Part shown: positions 52,919 to 61,740 of the stretch, in pieces
Numbering within the stretch: position 1 is the first letter of the stretch
How the letters are laid out: every line of letters starts with the position of its first letter
NCBI GenBank assembly: GCA_045545055.1
Contig: JAZQAB010000087.1
Location: 8,049-72,048 of the forward strand
DNA: 64,000 nt
Origin: Clostridia bacterium
Lineage (GTDB): Bacteria; Bacillota; Clostridia; UMGS1883
Reading direction: 5' to 3'
Position numbers and translations under genes: made by a program
The notes under the pieces: model-generated
The model's database searches: none
Told to the model about the DNA's origin: nothing
The model's input: only the letters and a program-made list of their open reading frames with translations

Positions 52919-53626
52919 TTACCTGATTGGGCTTTTATGCGGCGTTCCGGCTTTTCTGGGATATTTTGACGGAGTATTTTTAACTTTTTTTATAATTACA
53001 ATACAGTGATTAATTCCCGACGGAAGCGTAATTTCTTTTACGGCTTCAATTTCTCCGCCCATTTCTTTTATTGCTTTCTTAGCACCGCTAATTTCTTCTT
53101 CGGGTGCATTTCCTTTCATTGCAACAAAATATCCGCCCACCTTAACAAAAGGCAACGCATATTCAGCTAAAACAGAAAGGTCTGCAACGGCTCTGGCAGT
53201 CGCTATGTCAAACTTTTCTCTTAAATCCTTGTTTTTCCCGCCGTCCTCCGCACGTGAATGAATTGCTCTTATTTTCTCAAGACCAAGCTCTTTTATAACA
53301 TCATTTAAAAAGTTAATTCTTTTATTGAGAGAATCAAGCATTGTCACATCTATATCTTCTCTTACAATTTTAACGGGAAGGGAGGGAAAGCCTGCACCTG
53401 CACCTATATCTATAAGACTGCAGTTTTTCTCAAGCTTTTCACTAAGGAGGAGAGTAACCGAATCAAGAAAATGCTTTTCTTTAACCTCATCGGGCTCTGT
53501 TATAGCCGTTAAATTCATAAATTCGTTATAATGAAGCAGCATTTTTGCGTACTTTGCAAACATTTCGTTTGCTTTTTCACTTATCTCTATATTCAAATTC
53601 AATGCTTCTTTTATTAAATCCATCAT
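52919..53626 (-). CDS. rsmG: 16S rRNA (guanine527-N7)-methyltransferase
   Basis: GidB pattern FMNLTAI....HFLDS and DIGAGAGFPSLP. Confidence 0.93.
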   Translation of the reverse strand: MMDLIKEALNLNIEISEKANEMFAKYAKMLLHYNEFMNLTAITEPDEVKEKHFLDSVTLLLSEKLEKNCSLIDIGAGAGFPSLPVKIVREDIDVTMLDSLNKRINFLNDVIKELGLEKIRAIHSRAEDGGKNKDLREKFDIATARAVADLSVLAEYALPFVKVGGYFVAMKGNAPEEEISGAKKAIKEMGGEIEAVKEITLPSGINHCIVIIKKVKNTPSKYPRKAGTPHKSPIR

Positions 53627-53632
53627 TATTCC

Positions 53633-55498
53633 TCACTTCTGCGATGCAAGATAAATAAGTAAAACGCCTATATCCGCAGGGCTTACACCGCTTATTCTGC
53701 TTGCTCTGCCTATATTTTCGGGACGCATTTTCTCAAGCTTTTGCCTTGCTTCCGTCCTCAGACCGTACACCTTTGAATAATCTATGTCCTCAGGAAGCAG
53801 TTTTTTCTCATTTTTAGCAAACTTTTCTACCTGTTCAAACTGCCTTTTTATATAGCCCTCATATTTTACGGCAATTTCCGCCTGCTGCCACTCTTCTTTT
53901 TTAAGAACAGGTCTTTCCTTGTCAAAGGGGGCGAGAGAATCATAGTCAAGCTCCGGTCTTCTTATTAATTCTGCCAGTTTTATACCTGTTGAAAGGGTTT
54001 GACTTCCATTTTTTTCCAAATAGTTGTTTATCTCCTTACTCGGCGGTATATTTACTGAGTTTATTCTTTCAATTTCTTTTTCTATGTTTGCTTTCTTTTC
54101 AAGGAATTTCTCATATCTTTCCCTGGAAATAAGCCCGATTTCATATCCCGTGGGGGTAAGGCGTAAATCAGCATTATCCTGACGAAGCAAAAGCCTGTAT
54201 TCCGCACGTGAAGTAAGCATTCTGTAAGGCTCGTTTGTACCCTTAGTAACCAAATCATCTATAAGAACACCTATATAAGCCTCGCTTCTGTCAAAAACAA
54301 CAGGGGAAAGACCTTTTAATTTCCTTGCGGCATTTATTCCTGCAATGAGTCCCTGTGCTGCCGCTTCCTCATAACCGCTGGTACCGTTAAACTGACCTGC
54401 CCCGTAAAGATTGGGAATTTCCCTCATTTCAAGTGAAGGCTTAAGCTGCAGGGGATTACAGCAATCATACTCGATTGCATACGCACTTCTCATTATTTCA
54501 ACGTTTTCTAAGCCCTCCATGGTTCTTAACATTGAAAGCTGAACATCTTCGGGAAGGCTTGTACTCATTCCCTGCAGATACATTTCCTCTGTAGTAAGTC
54601 CCATAGGCTCAATAAAAACCTGATGACGTTCACGGTCACTGAATCTAACCACTTTATCCTCAATTGAGGGGCAGTATCTGGGGCCTACTCCGTCAATCAA
54701 GCCATTAAAAAGAGGACTTCTGTGCAGATTTTCCCTTATTATATCGTGGGTTTTTGTATTTGTGTATGTGAGGTAGCAGGAAACCTTATTTTCAGCTTTT
54801 TCCTCCGTTTCAAAGGAAAAAGGAATAATATCCTCGTCACCCTCCTGTATTTCAAGCCTTGAAAAATCAATGCTTCTTCTGTGAACACGTGTGGGAGTAC
54901 CTGTTTTAAAACGCATCATTTCCACACCTAATTTTTGCAGACTTTCACTAAGGCCGCTTGAAGGGAAAAGCCCGTCGGGACCGCCGCTGTAGGCACATTC
55001 TCCGATTATTATTTTTCCCTCCATATATGTTCCGGTGGACAAAATAACGCTTTTTGCGTAAAATTTCGTTCCCGTATGTATAGTAAGGACAAAATTATCC
55101 CCGTCTTTTTCAACTTCCTTTACTTCTGCCTGCCTTATATAGAGATTTTCTTGCTTTTCAAGCCTTTTTTTCATCTCTATCTGATATGCACGCCTGTCGG
55201 ACTGAGCACGAAGTGAATGAACGGCAGGGCCTTTTCTTAGATTCAACATTCGTGTCTGAATTTTGGTAAGGTCTGCTACCTTTCCCATTTCTCCGCCCAG
55301 TGCGTCTATTTCACGGACGAGATGCCCCTTTGCAGTTCCTCCTATAGATGGATTGCATGGCATATTTGCGATTGAATCAAGGTTTATTGTGAGAATAATT
55401 GTTTTCATTCCCAATCTTGCAGAGGCAAGTGCCGCTTCACAGCCTGCATGACCGGCTCCCACAACGGCTATATCAAAATTAAATGTGTTGTCTTTCAT
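53633..55498 (-). CDS. mnmG: tRNA uridine 5-carboxymethylaminomethyl modification enzyme MnmG (GidA)
   Basis: [18 protein letters not shown] motif. About 620 aa. Start ATG 55498. The track's 5' extension runs into a repeat. Confidence 0.97.
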   Translation of the reverse strand: MKDNTFNFDIAVVGAGHAGCEAALASARLGMKTIILTINLDSIANMPCNPSIGGTAKGHLVREIDALGGEMGKVADLTKIQTRMLNLRKGPAVHSLRAQSDRRAYQIEMKKRLEKQENLYIRQAEVKEVEKDGDNFVLTIHTGTKFYAKSVILSTGTYMEGKIIIGECAYSGGPDGLFPSSGLSESLQKLGVEMMRFKTGTPTRVHRRSIDFSRLEIQEGDEDIIPFSFETEEKAENKVSCYLTYTNTKTHDIIRENLHRSPLFNGLIDGVGPRYCPSIEDKVVRFSDRERHQVFIEPMGLTTEEMYLQGMSTSLPEDVQLSMLRTMEGLENVEIMRSAYAIEYDCCNPLQLKPSLEMREIPNLYGAGQFNGTSGYEEAAAQGLIAGINAARKLKGLSPVVFDRSEAYIGVLIDDLVTKGTNEPYRMLTSRAEYRLLLRQDNADLRLTPTGYEIGLISRERYEKFLEKKANIEKEIERINSVNIPPSKEINNYLEKNGSQTLSTGIKLAELIRRPELDYDSLAPFDKERPVLKKEEWQQAEIAVKYEGYIKRQFEQVEKFAKNEKKLLPEDIDYSKVYGLRTEARQKLEKMRPENIGRASRISGVSPADIGVLLIYLASQK

Positions 55499-55552
55499 AA
55501 TTACAATCCTTTCAAATGAAGAATTATGAGTACGTAATAAGGAGTTAAGAAA

Positions 55553-55613
55553 GATTTTAGCTGTAGCTAAAATCAACCAACATTCCGCACTCTGCACTCC
55601 TAATTCCGCATTT
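55553..55613 (+). repeat. Hairpin + heptad-repeat element, copy 8 (mnmE-mnmG spacer, C-rich variant)
   Basis: GATTTTAGCT-GT-AGCTAAAATC (55553-55574), spacer AACCAA, then CATTCCG CACTCTG CACTCCT AATTCCG CATTT (55581-55613). The last nt overlap the mnmE stop codon. Confidence 0.85.
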
Positions 55614-56943
55614 ATTTACCAAGGCAGAATTTTTCAAATATCCTGTTCACCGTTTCCTGATTTATGCTTATTCCCTCGGCTTCTCCCAAAAATTCTATCG
55701 CATTACCTATGTCTATCGCCGCAAGGTCACTGAAAAAGCCGTCTTCCATTGTTTGTATTGCTTTTTCTATGCTTTCATAGGCTCTTACCACGGCTTCATA
55801 CTGCCTTTCATTTGCTATAAAAGCGGTACTTTCGGTATTTCCCACTATATCCGACACTGCTTTTTTAACCTTTTCTATTCCGTCATTTTCCTTTGCACTG
55901 ATTTCAATATAACCTTCTTTTCCTTTTTCGTCAAGGTCTTTTTTATTTGCTACAAGAATAAATTCTTTTTCTTTTATTCTTTCAAGGATTTCTTCTTCTT
56001 CCTTTGTTAAATCCCTGCCACATTCCGTTACAAATATACATATATCGGCATTTTTAATATAGTCATAGCTCAAATCCACGCCTATTTTTTCAACCACGTC
56101 ATCACTCTGGCGTATTCCTGCTGTATCACCAAATTTTACGGGAATCCCGTCTATATCAGCATATTCCTCCACCACATCACGGGTTGTACCCGCAATATTT
56201 GTAACAATAGCCTTCTTTTTTTCAACAAGTGCATTAAGCAGTGAGCTTTTACCTGTATTGGGTATTCCGCATATGGCACAGTTTATGCCGCTGTTTAAAG
56301 CCTCTCCTCTTCTTGCACTTTTTTTAAGCCCCGAAAGCTCGTTTTTTATACTTTCAAGCTTTCCCGACAATTCTCCGCCTGCAAAGGTATCAATATCTTC
56401 TTCTGGAAAATCACTTGCAACCTGTATTGATGCCAATAAATCAAGCAGTTCCTCACGTATTTTAATAATGGGCTTTGTTATGCCGCCCTCAAGTCTGTTT
56501 ACGGCGGCATAAAGTGCGGCATCTGTCTTGGATTCAATAATATCGCTTACGGCTTCCGCCTGCGTAAGGCTCATTTTTCCGTTCAAAAAGGCTCTTTTTG
56601 TAAATTCACCTTTCCCTGCCATGGAGCATCCTGCCTGAAGAAGTGCATCTATTATTCTTTCCACGCTGACAGGTGAGCCGTGACAGCTTATTTCACACAC
56701 ATTTTCCCCTGTAAAGGAATTAGGTGCTCTGAAAACACTTACCAACACTTCATCTATAGCATTATTTTCACACATTGCTTTTCCATATACAATGGTGTAT
56801 CCGTCGGCATCTGTTATTTTTTTATTTGATTTAACCACTTTCTCAGTTATTTCAAGGGCTTTTTCACCGCTTACTCTTATAACTGCAATTCCCCCTTTTC
56901 CACGGGGAGTGGAAAGGGCACAAATAGTATTATTTTCAATCAT
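55612..56943 (-). CDS. mnmE: tRNA modification GTPase MnmE (TrmE)
   Basis: [21 protein letters not shown]-domain, G1 [10 protein letters not shown] and C-terminal CLGK. ATG 56943 lies behind AAGGTG. Confidence 0.95.
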   Translation of the reverse strand: MIENNTICALSTPRGKGGIAVIRVSGEKALEITEKVVKSNKKITDADGYTIVYGKAMCENNAIDEVLVSVFRAPNSFTGENVCEISCHGSPVSVERIIDALLQAGCSMAGKGEFTKRAFLNGKMSLTQAEAVSDIIESKTDAALYAAVNRLEGGITKPIIKIREELLDLLASIQVASDFPEEDIDTFAGGELSGKLESIKNELSGLKKSARRGEALNSGINCAICGIPNTGKSSLLNALVEKKKAIVTNIAGTTRDVVEEYADIDGIPVKFGDTAGIRQSDDVVEKIGVDLSYDYIKNADICIFVTECGRDLTKEEEEILERIKEKEFILVANKKDLDEKGKEGYIEISAKENDGIEKVKKAVSDIVGNTESTAFIANERQYEAVVRAYESIEKAIQTMEDGFFSDLAAIDIGNAIEFLGEAEGISINQETVNRIFEKFCLGK

Positions 56944-56966
56944 TTTTTTCACCTTTTTCAAATAAA

Positions 56967-57063
56967 AAAGAAGCGTGCCGCTTCACCCTTGTCGCACCCG
57001 AACATTGCACGAACACAGCTTCATGCGAATTTAATTTACTCAAATTCCTATACTGTAAAAAAG
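56967..57063 (-). repeat. Repeat family C, copy 2, immediately upstream of mnmE
   Basis: Roughly 90% identical to 28557-28653 and flanked by AAAAAG/AAAAAAG. On the minus strand it ends in GAAGCG-GCA-CGCTTC + TTTTTTATTT, about 15 nt before the mnmE RBS. Confidence 0.85.
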
Positions 57064-57165
57064 GCAAAAGCTCACTTCTCATAAGATTTTATCTTATAAG
57101 AAAGACCTTTCACCTCTTTCTCACTTTATTAAAGTAATTTCTGAGCACTTAAAAACGAGCAAAAG

Positions 57166-57239
57166 TAGTGCAGAACGGACAAACTGAATCCCGAAGGCGT
57201 ACGTGGGTACGTCGAGAGGTGAAGTTTGTTTGTAGCAAA
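57166..57239 (-). repeat. Repeat family D, copy 2 (jag-mnmE spacer)
   Basis: Matches 9971-10058 apart from the 14-nt indel. Followed by hairpin AAAATTCG-TTTTA-CGAATTTT at 57252-57272. Confidence 0.8.
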
Positions 57240-57370
57240 GAAATAAAATTTAAAATTCGTTTTACGAATTTTTACAATAAAAAATAAAACAAACTTTGTT
57301 ATATTTTTTTATAAAAGACAACATTTATAATTTTATTATTCTTTGCGGTCGGTGCTGCTTTTCATCGTTT

Positions 57371-58063
57371 TTAAACTCCTTCAAGTTCATTTTCCTTACG
57401 GTTATAACGATACTTTGAAACGTATCCTTCGCCATATTCTTTCTTTTTCGTTGTAATTACTACTGAACGGTTGGGATCTTTACCCGTTGAATAAGTAGTT
57501 ACGTTTCTGTATTCCTGCAGTGCGGAATGAATAATTCTTCTCTCATTGGGGTTCATGGGATCAAGGGTTATACTCTTTCTTGTTCTTGCTACGATGCCTG
57601 CCATTCTCTTTGCAAGCTTTATAAGAGTTTCTTCTCTTTTTCCGCGGTAGTTTTCAGTATCAATGGTAACACGAATGTAGTTTTCCTCACCCTTATTTAC
57701 AACAAGAGATGTGAGGTACTGGAGAGCGTCGAGAGTATCTCCTCTTCTTCCGATAACCTTTCCTACTTCCTCGCTGTCACCCACTATTTCAATACTTACG
57801 GTTTCATCTTCGTAAGAAGCTTTAATCTCTACATCAATTCCAAAGCCTCCCATTACGCTTTTAACGTACTTTTCAGCTTTGTTAAGAGGAGTTTCCTCCA
57901 TTTTTACTCTTACCTTCGCTTCTTCGGCACCTATTCCTAAAATTCCACGCTTTCCCTCGTTAATAACTTCTATTTCTACTTCTTCCTTTGTTACTCCGAG
58001 CTCATTAAGCGCCGCATTTACCGCATCATCGATTGTTTTCGCGCTTTTTTCTATTACTATCAT
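57371..58063 (-). CDS. jag: Jag/KhpB RNA-binding protein (Jag_N-KH-R3H)
   Basis: 230 aa with R3H motif NPNERRIIHSAL. Directly follows yidC. Confidence 0.9.
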   Translation of the reverse strand: MIVIEKSAKTIDDAVNAALNELGVTKEEVEIEVINEGKRGILGIGAEEAKVRVKMEETPLNKAEKYVKSVMGGFGIDVEIKASYEDETVSIEIVGDSEEVGKVIGRRGDTLDALQYLTSLVVNKGEENYIRVTIDTENYRGKREETLIKLAKRMAGIVARTRKSITLDPMNPNERRIIHSALQEYRNVTTYSTGKDPNRSVVITTKKKEYGEGYVSKYRYNRKENELEGV

Positions 58064-58064
58064 T

Positions 58065-58916
58065 TTATTTTTTTCCTTTCAGAGTTATTTCCGATTGTAT
58101 TTTCTTTGTTATAGCCTTATTAATAACTGTTTGCTGCAGAAGCTGCAATGCTGTTGATACAAACCAATAAAGTGACATTGCAATAGGCATCATAAATATG
58201 AAAAATAATGTCATCACAGGCATCATCCATAACATTGTATTACCCATGCTTGCTGCCTGCTCGTTACCCTTACTCTGGGCTTCCATCTGCTTTTTTGTAA
58301 GAAATGAGGACGCAAGTGTTGATAAAAATGCAAGTGCAGGGAAAACCCACTGCATTAAATCTTTTGTTCCGGAAGGAATCTTTGCAAGGTTCATTCCGAA
58401 AAGCTCAAAATTAACAGGTTCTTTTCCAAGTGATCTGATTGCCTCGGAAACACCGTCCATACCGCATATATTAACGTCCTGACCTTTTATTTTTCTTACG
58501 GCATCAATCCATTCTTTATTCTGACCAAGCTCTTTCATTTCTTTTAAAATGCTTGCCTTGTCAAGCTGAAGAATACATTCGATAGGATTATAAATAACAC
58601 CGATAAATCCGAAAAGAATAAGCATCTGAATAATAAGGGGAAGACATCCGCCCAAGGGGTTAATGTCATACTTCTTATAAACCTTCTGCATCTCTCTTGC
58701 AAGAGTATCACGGTCATTTTTATACTTGTTTTGAAGTTTTATTATTTCAGGCTGAATAAGCTGTGTTTTCGTAGTATTTCTCTGACTTTTTATAGTAAGC
58801 GGAATTGTACAAAGTCTTACAAGTATTGTAGCTACTATAAGCGTAATACCGTAGTTACCTATTAAGTTATAAATAGGTCTTATTATAAAAGCCAGCGGGT
58901 CCTTTAAAATGTACAT
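58065..58916 (-). CDS. yidC: Membrane protein insertase YidC/SpoIIIJ
   Basis: YidC/Oxa1 core with GGCLPLIIQMLILFGF and a basic C-terminal tail. Confidence 0.92.
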   Translation of the reverse strand: MYILKDPLAFIIRPIYNLIGNYGITLIVATILVRLCTIPLTIKSQRNTTKTQLIQPEIIKLQNKYKNDRDTLAREMQKVYKKYDINPLGGCLPLIIQMLILFGFIGVIYNPIECILQLDKASILKEMKELGQNKEWIDAVRKIKGQDVNICGMDGVSEAIRSLGKEPVNFELFGMNLAKIPSGTKDLMQWVFPALAFLSTLASSFLTKKQMEAQSKGNEQAASMGNTMLWMMPVMTLFFIFMMPIAMSLYWFVSTALQLLQQTVINKAITKKIQSEITLKGKK

Positions 58917-58940
58917 GTTTTCTCTCCTTTTAAATTCCTC

Positions 58941-59153
58941 TTAGGGAACCGGGTCATATCCGCCCTTACAAAACGGATTACACCTTAAAATTCTTCTTAC
59001 AGACAAATAAAGCCCCTTTATAACACCATGCTTTCTAAATGCCTCCAAAGCATATTCCGAGCATGTGGGCGTAAAGCGGCAACAAGGTTTTTTAAGCGGT
59101 GAAATATATTTTCTGTAAAATTTTATTAAACCGATAAAAACGTTCTTAATCAA
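58941..59153 (-). CDS. yidD: Membrane protein insertion efficiency factor YidD
   Basis: 70 aa. [27 protein letters not shown] is the YidD signature. Confidence 0.9.
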   Translation of the reverse strand: MIKNVFIGLIKFYRKYISPLKKPCCRFTPTCSEYALEAFRKHGVIKGLYLSVRRILRCNPFCKGGYDPVP

Positions 59154-59490
59154 TTAAATCCCTCTTAAGAAGCCCGCTTTCTTTAAGCGCACCTTCTAAA
59201 TCTTTCCCAATTTCATGAAATGATGCCTTGGCACTGCTTGTGCGTGCCACCAAAACCAAATCATATCCCTGGGGTATACCCTCTAAAAGTCTGTAATTTT
59301 CTTTTAAAAGCCTTCTTACTCTGTTTCTTGTAACGGCACATCCCACCTTTGGAGAAACCGTTATCCCTAATCTTGTAAAAGAATATCTGTTCTTTCTGTA
59401 ATATAAAACCAGTCTTTTTTTCACGACTGATTTTCCTCTGTAATAAAGTCTTTTAAAATCGCTGTTTTCTTTGATGGAAATAATTTTCAT
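59146..59490 (-). CDS. rnpA: Ribonuclease P protein component
   Basis: [15 protein letters not shown]...[25 protein letters not shown] matches RnpA. Start ATG 59490 is preferred. An alternative TTG at 59520 adds 10 aa. Confidence 0.85.
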   Translation of the reverse strand: MKIISIKENSDFKRLYYRGKSVVKKRLVLYYRKNRYSFTRLGITVSPKVGCAVTRNRVRRLLKENYRLLEGIPQGYDLVLVARTSSAKASFHEIGKDLEGALKESGLLKRDLID

Positions 59491-59604
59491 TTTAATTCTT
59501 TTTATGTTCTTTCTGTGCAATAAAATCTTCTGTTTACTTAAATGTATTTATGCCGGGCGATTATATAACCGCCCGTGGCATACTTTTACATTTAAAAAGA
59601 TTAA

Positions 59605-59739
59605 TTACGCAGAAAGTACACGTCTGCCTCTCTGACGGCGTCTTCTGAGAACCTTTCTTCCGTTAGCGGTACTCATTCTTTTTCTGAAACCGTGATCCTT
59701 TTTTCTTTTTCTTACATTAGGCTGATAAGTTCTGAGCAT
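59605..59739 (-). CDS. rpmH: 50S ribosomal protein L34
   Basis: Hand translation gives [44 protein letters not shown] (44 aa) behind GGAGGTG. Too short for the ORF track. Confidence 0.95.
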   Translation of the reverse strand: MLRTYQPNVRKRKKDHGFRKRMSTANGRKVLRRRRQRGRRVLSA

Positions 59740-59814
59740 CTTGTGCACCTCCTTAAATTTATAAAAGCCTCTCAGAGGCTATTTTCACTGAGTTTACCAT
59801 AACGATACCAATTT

Positions 59815-59843
59815 AGTATACATAAAGATACCTTTTTTGTCAA
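59815..59843 (-). promoter_or_regulatory. Promoter of the rpmH-rnpA operon
   Basis: Minus strand TTGACA (59838-59843), 17 nt, TATACT (59815-59820). Confidence 0.55.
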
Positions 59844-59881
59844 CAATTTTTTTATTTTTTTAATTTTAATACATATTTTAG

Positions 59882-59910
59882 TTGAATTTCGTCTTTATAT
59901 TTGTTATAAT
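59882..59910 (+). promoter_or_regulatory. Candidate dnaA promoter
   Basis: TTGAAT (59882-59887), 17 nt ending TGT, TATAAT (59905-59910). Confidence 0.45.
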
Positions 59911-59940
59911 ATATTAGATAATATAATTATATATATGGGC

Positions 59941-60052
59941 AGTTATTAACAGTTTTTGTATTGATTTTTTTATTATTAACACCTTTAATGCCCTTATATC
60001 CCTATAAAATGTGAGTTATTAACAGGTTTTTTTAACAACCTTGTTAATAACT
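59941..60052. promoter_or_regulatory. Cluster of four DnaA-box-like repeats (AGTTATTAACAG)
   Basis: AGTTATTAACAG at 59941-59952 and 60014-60025, its complement (AGTTATTAACAA) at 60041-60052, and TTATTAACA at 59973-59981. The core TTATTAACA matches the DnaA box TTATCCACA at 7 of 9 positions. Confidence 0.5.
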
Positions 60053-60083
60053 GTTAAAAAATTTTTTGAAGGAATGTTTACTT

Positions 60084-61385
60084 ATGACATCTGATTTAAT
60101 GCAGTTATGGACAGAGTGTCTTATACTTATGGAGGACGAGGTTACACCGGTAGGCTTTTCCACCTGGATTAAAGACATTAAGCCCGTTAAAATCAACGAT
60201 AATGTTTTGACCCTCTCGGTCAGCACCAACATTATTAAAAATATGGTGGAGCTTCGTTACAGCGATCTTATAAAAAATACACTTGCCGAAATAACGGGAA
60301 GATATTTTGATGTTGAATTTGTAATAGGAGAAAATTTTTACGAAAAAAGAAAACCTGCCTATTCAAATACATACGAAAAATATACCTTTGACAATTTCGT
60401 TGTAGGTAACTCAAACAGGTTTGCCCAAAGTGCCTCTCTGGCAGTTGCAGAGGCTCCTGCATATGCTTACAATCCTCTTTTTCTTTACGGCGGAGTAGGT
60501 CTTGGTAAAACGCATCTTATGCACGCAATAGGAAATTATATAAAGAGTAATAATCCCGACGCAAGGATTGTATTTTTAAGTGCAGAAACCTTCACCAATG
60601 AGCTTATAAATTCAATTAAGGATAATAAAAATCAGGAATTTCGTGATAAGTACAGAAATATAGATGTACTTCTGGTGGACGATATTCAGTTTATAGCAGG
60701 AAAAACTACCACTGAAGAAGAATTTTTCCACACATTTAACGCTCTGCATGAAGCAAATAAGCAAATAGTTCTTACAAGCGACCGTCCTCCAAGCGAAATT
60801 AAAACGCTTGAGGAAAGACTTCGCAGTAGATTTGGCTGGGGTCTGATGTGTGAAATACAAAGCCCCGATTATGAAACCAGAATGGCTATTTTGAGGAAAA
60901 AGGCTCAGGACGACGGAGTAGTAATAAGCGACGATATAATTGAATTTATTGCACAGAAAATAAAATCAAATATCCGTGAGCTTGAAGGTGTATTTAACAG
61001 AGTTGTTGCTTACCGCGGACTTATTAACAAGGAAATAACAATTGACGTTGCTATGGAGGCTCTCAAGGATTACGGTGATTCAAAGGAAAAGAAAATAACT
61101 CCCGAATCTATAATAGAGGCATGTGCAAAGTTTTATAATGTTAAGAAAGAGGACATTTTCTCCGAAAAGAGAACAAAGGATGTGGCATTTGCCCGTCAGG
61201 TTTCTATTTATATAATAAGGGAAATTACTAATTTCTCATTTCCCAAAATAGGCTCTTTCTTCGGAAAAGACCATGCTACAGCCATTTATGCAATTAAGCA
61301 GGTTACGAAAGCGATGGAAAATGATATAGGTATAAAGGTTAACATTGAAGGTCTTATAAATGACATTAAGGGTACAAGCCAATAA
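60084..61385 (+). CDS. dnaA: Chromosomal replication initiator protein DnaA
   Basis: AAA+ motifs GGVGLGKTHL and LLVDDIQF, plus the C-terminal DNA-binding domain (KDVAFARQVSIYI, DHATAIYA). Start ATG 60084. Confidence 0.97.
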   Translation: MTSDLMQLWTECLILMEDEVTPVGFSTWIKDIKPVKINDNVLTLSVSTNIIKNMVELRYSDLIKNTLAEITGRYFDVEFVIGENFYEKRKPAYSNTYEKYTFDNFVVGNSNRFAQSASLAVAEAPAYAYNPLFLYGGVGLGKTHLMHAIGNYIKSNNPDARIVFLSAETFTNELINSIKDNKNQEFRDKYRNIDVLLVDDIQFIAGKTTTEEEFFHTFNALHEANKQIVLTSDRPPSEIKTLEERLRSRFGWGLMCEIQSPDYETRMAILRKKAQDDGVVISDDIIEFIAQKIKSNIRELEGVFNRVVAYRGLINKEITIDVAMEALKDYGDSKEKKITPESIIEACAKFYNVKKEDIFSEKRTKDVAFARQVSIYIIREITNFSFPKIGSFFGKDHATAIYAIKQVTKAMENDIGIKVNIEGLINDIKGTSQ

Positions 61386-61532
61386 AGGGTTATCCGAGCC
61401 ACGTTTTTTGCTTCCTCTTTTTTGCCGCTACGTCGTTAAAAGCCTTGCACATACTGACGCCTTTCAAGGACGACAAGCTAAAAGATGCCAAAATTTAGCC
61501 GTTTCAGGCGGACTTGGATAATCCTTTATTGG
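61379..61532. repeat. Inverted-repeat-bounded 154-bp unit starting inside the last dnaA codons
   Basis: CCAATAAAGGGTTATCCGAG (61379-61398) versus CTTGGATAATCCTTTATTGG (61513-61532), 18 of 20 complementary. The arms contain TTATCC half-boxes. Confidence 0.65.
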
Positions 61533-61740
61533 CTAATAACTAACAGTTTCCTGTTAATTAACAGAAAGCCTTAAAAATAATTAATTTTTATTTACAAAAA
61601 TACTAACAGGCTTAAAAGGTCTTATTTCCTTTTACAAAGCACATTTTGAGGGTTACTGACAGTTTTAACCTTACTACTGTTACTTTATTATTTAATATTA
61701 TTATATATTATATTTTCTGTCTGAAAGGATGAAATAAAAA
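61533..61740. other. oriC, right (dnaA-dnaN) part: TTAACAG-type repeats and AT-rich candidate unwinding element
   Basis: AATAACTAACAG (61535-61546), CTGTTAAT (61551-61558), AATTAACAG (61556-61564), TACTAACAGG (61601-61610), GTTACTGACAG (61652-61662). Nearly pure A/T at 61681-61715. Confidence 0.55.

Larger units (their letters stand above)
59740..60083. other. oriC, left (rpmH-dnaA) part: AT-rich region plus divergent promoters and repeated 12-mers
   Basis: Canonical position between rpmH and dnaA. Long A/T runs lie at 59845-59940. Repeated box-like motifs are listed separately. Confidence 0.75.

Noticed and set aside
61399-61512. Tiny ORFs inside the dnaA-dnaN unit, for example a minus-strand MCKAFNDVAAKKRKQKTWLG and a plus-strand 29-aa ORF starting in this interval and reading past the right arm.
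   Set aside because: They are very short, lack an RBS and lie within a likely origin or repeat sequence.
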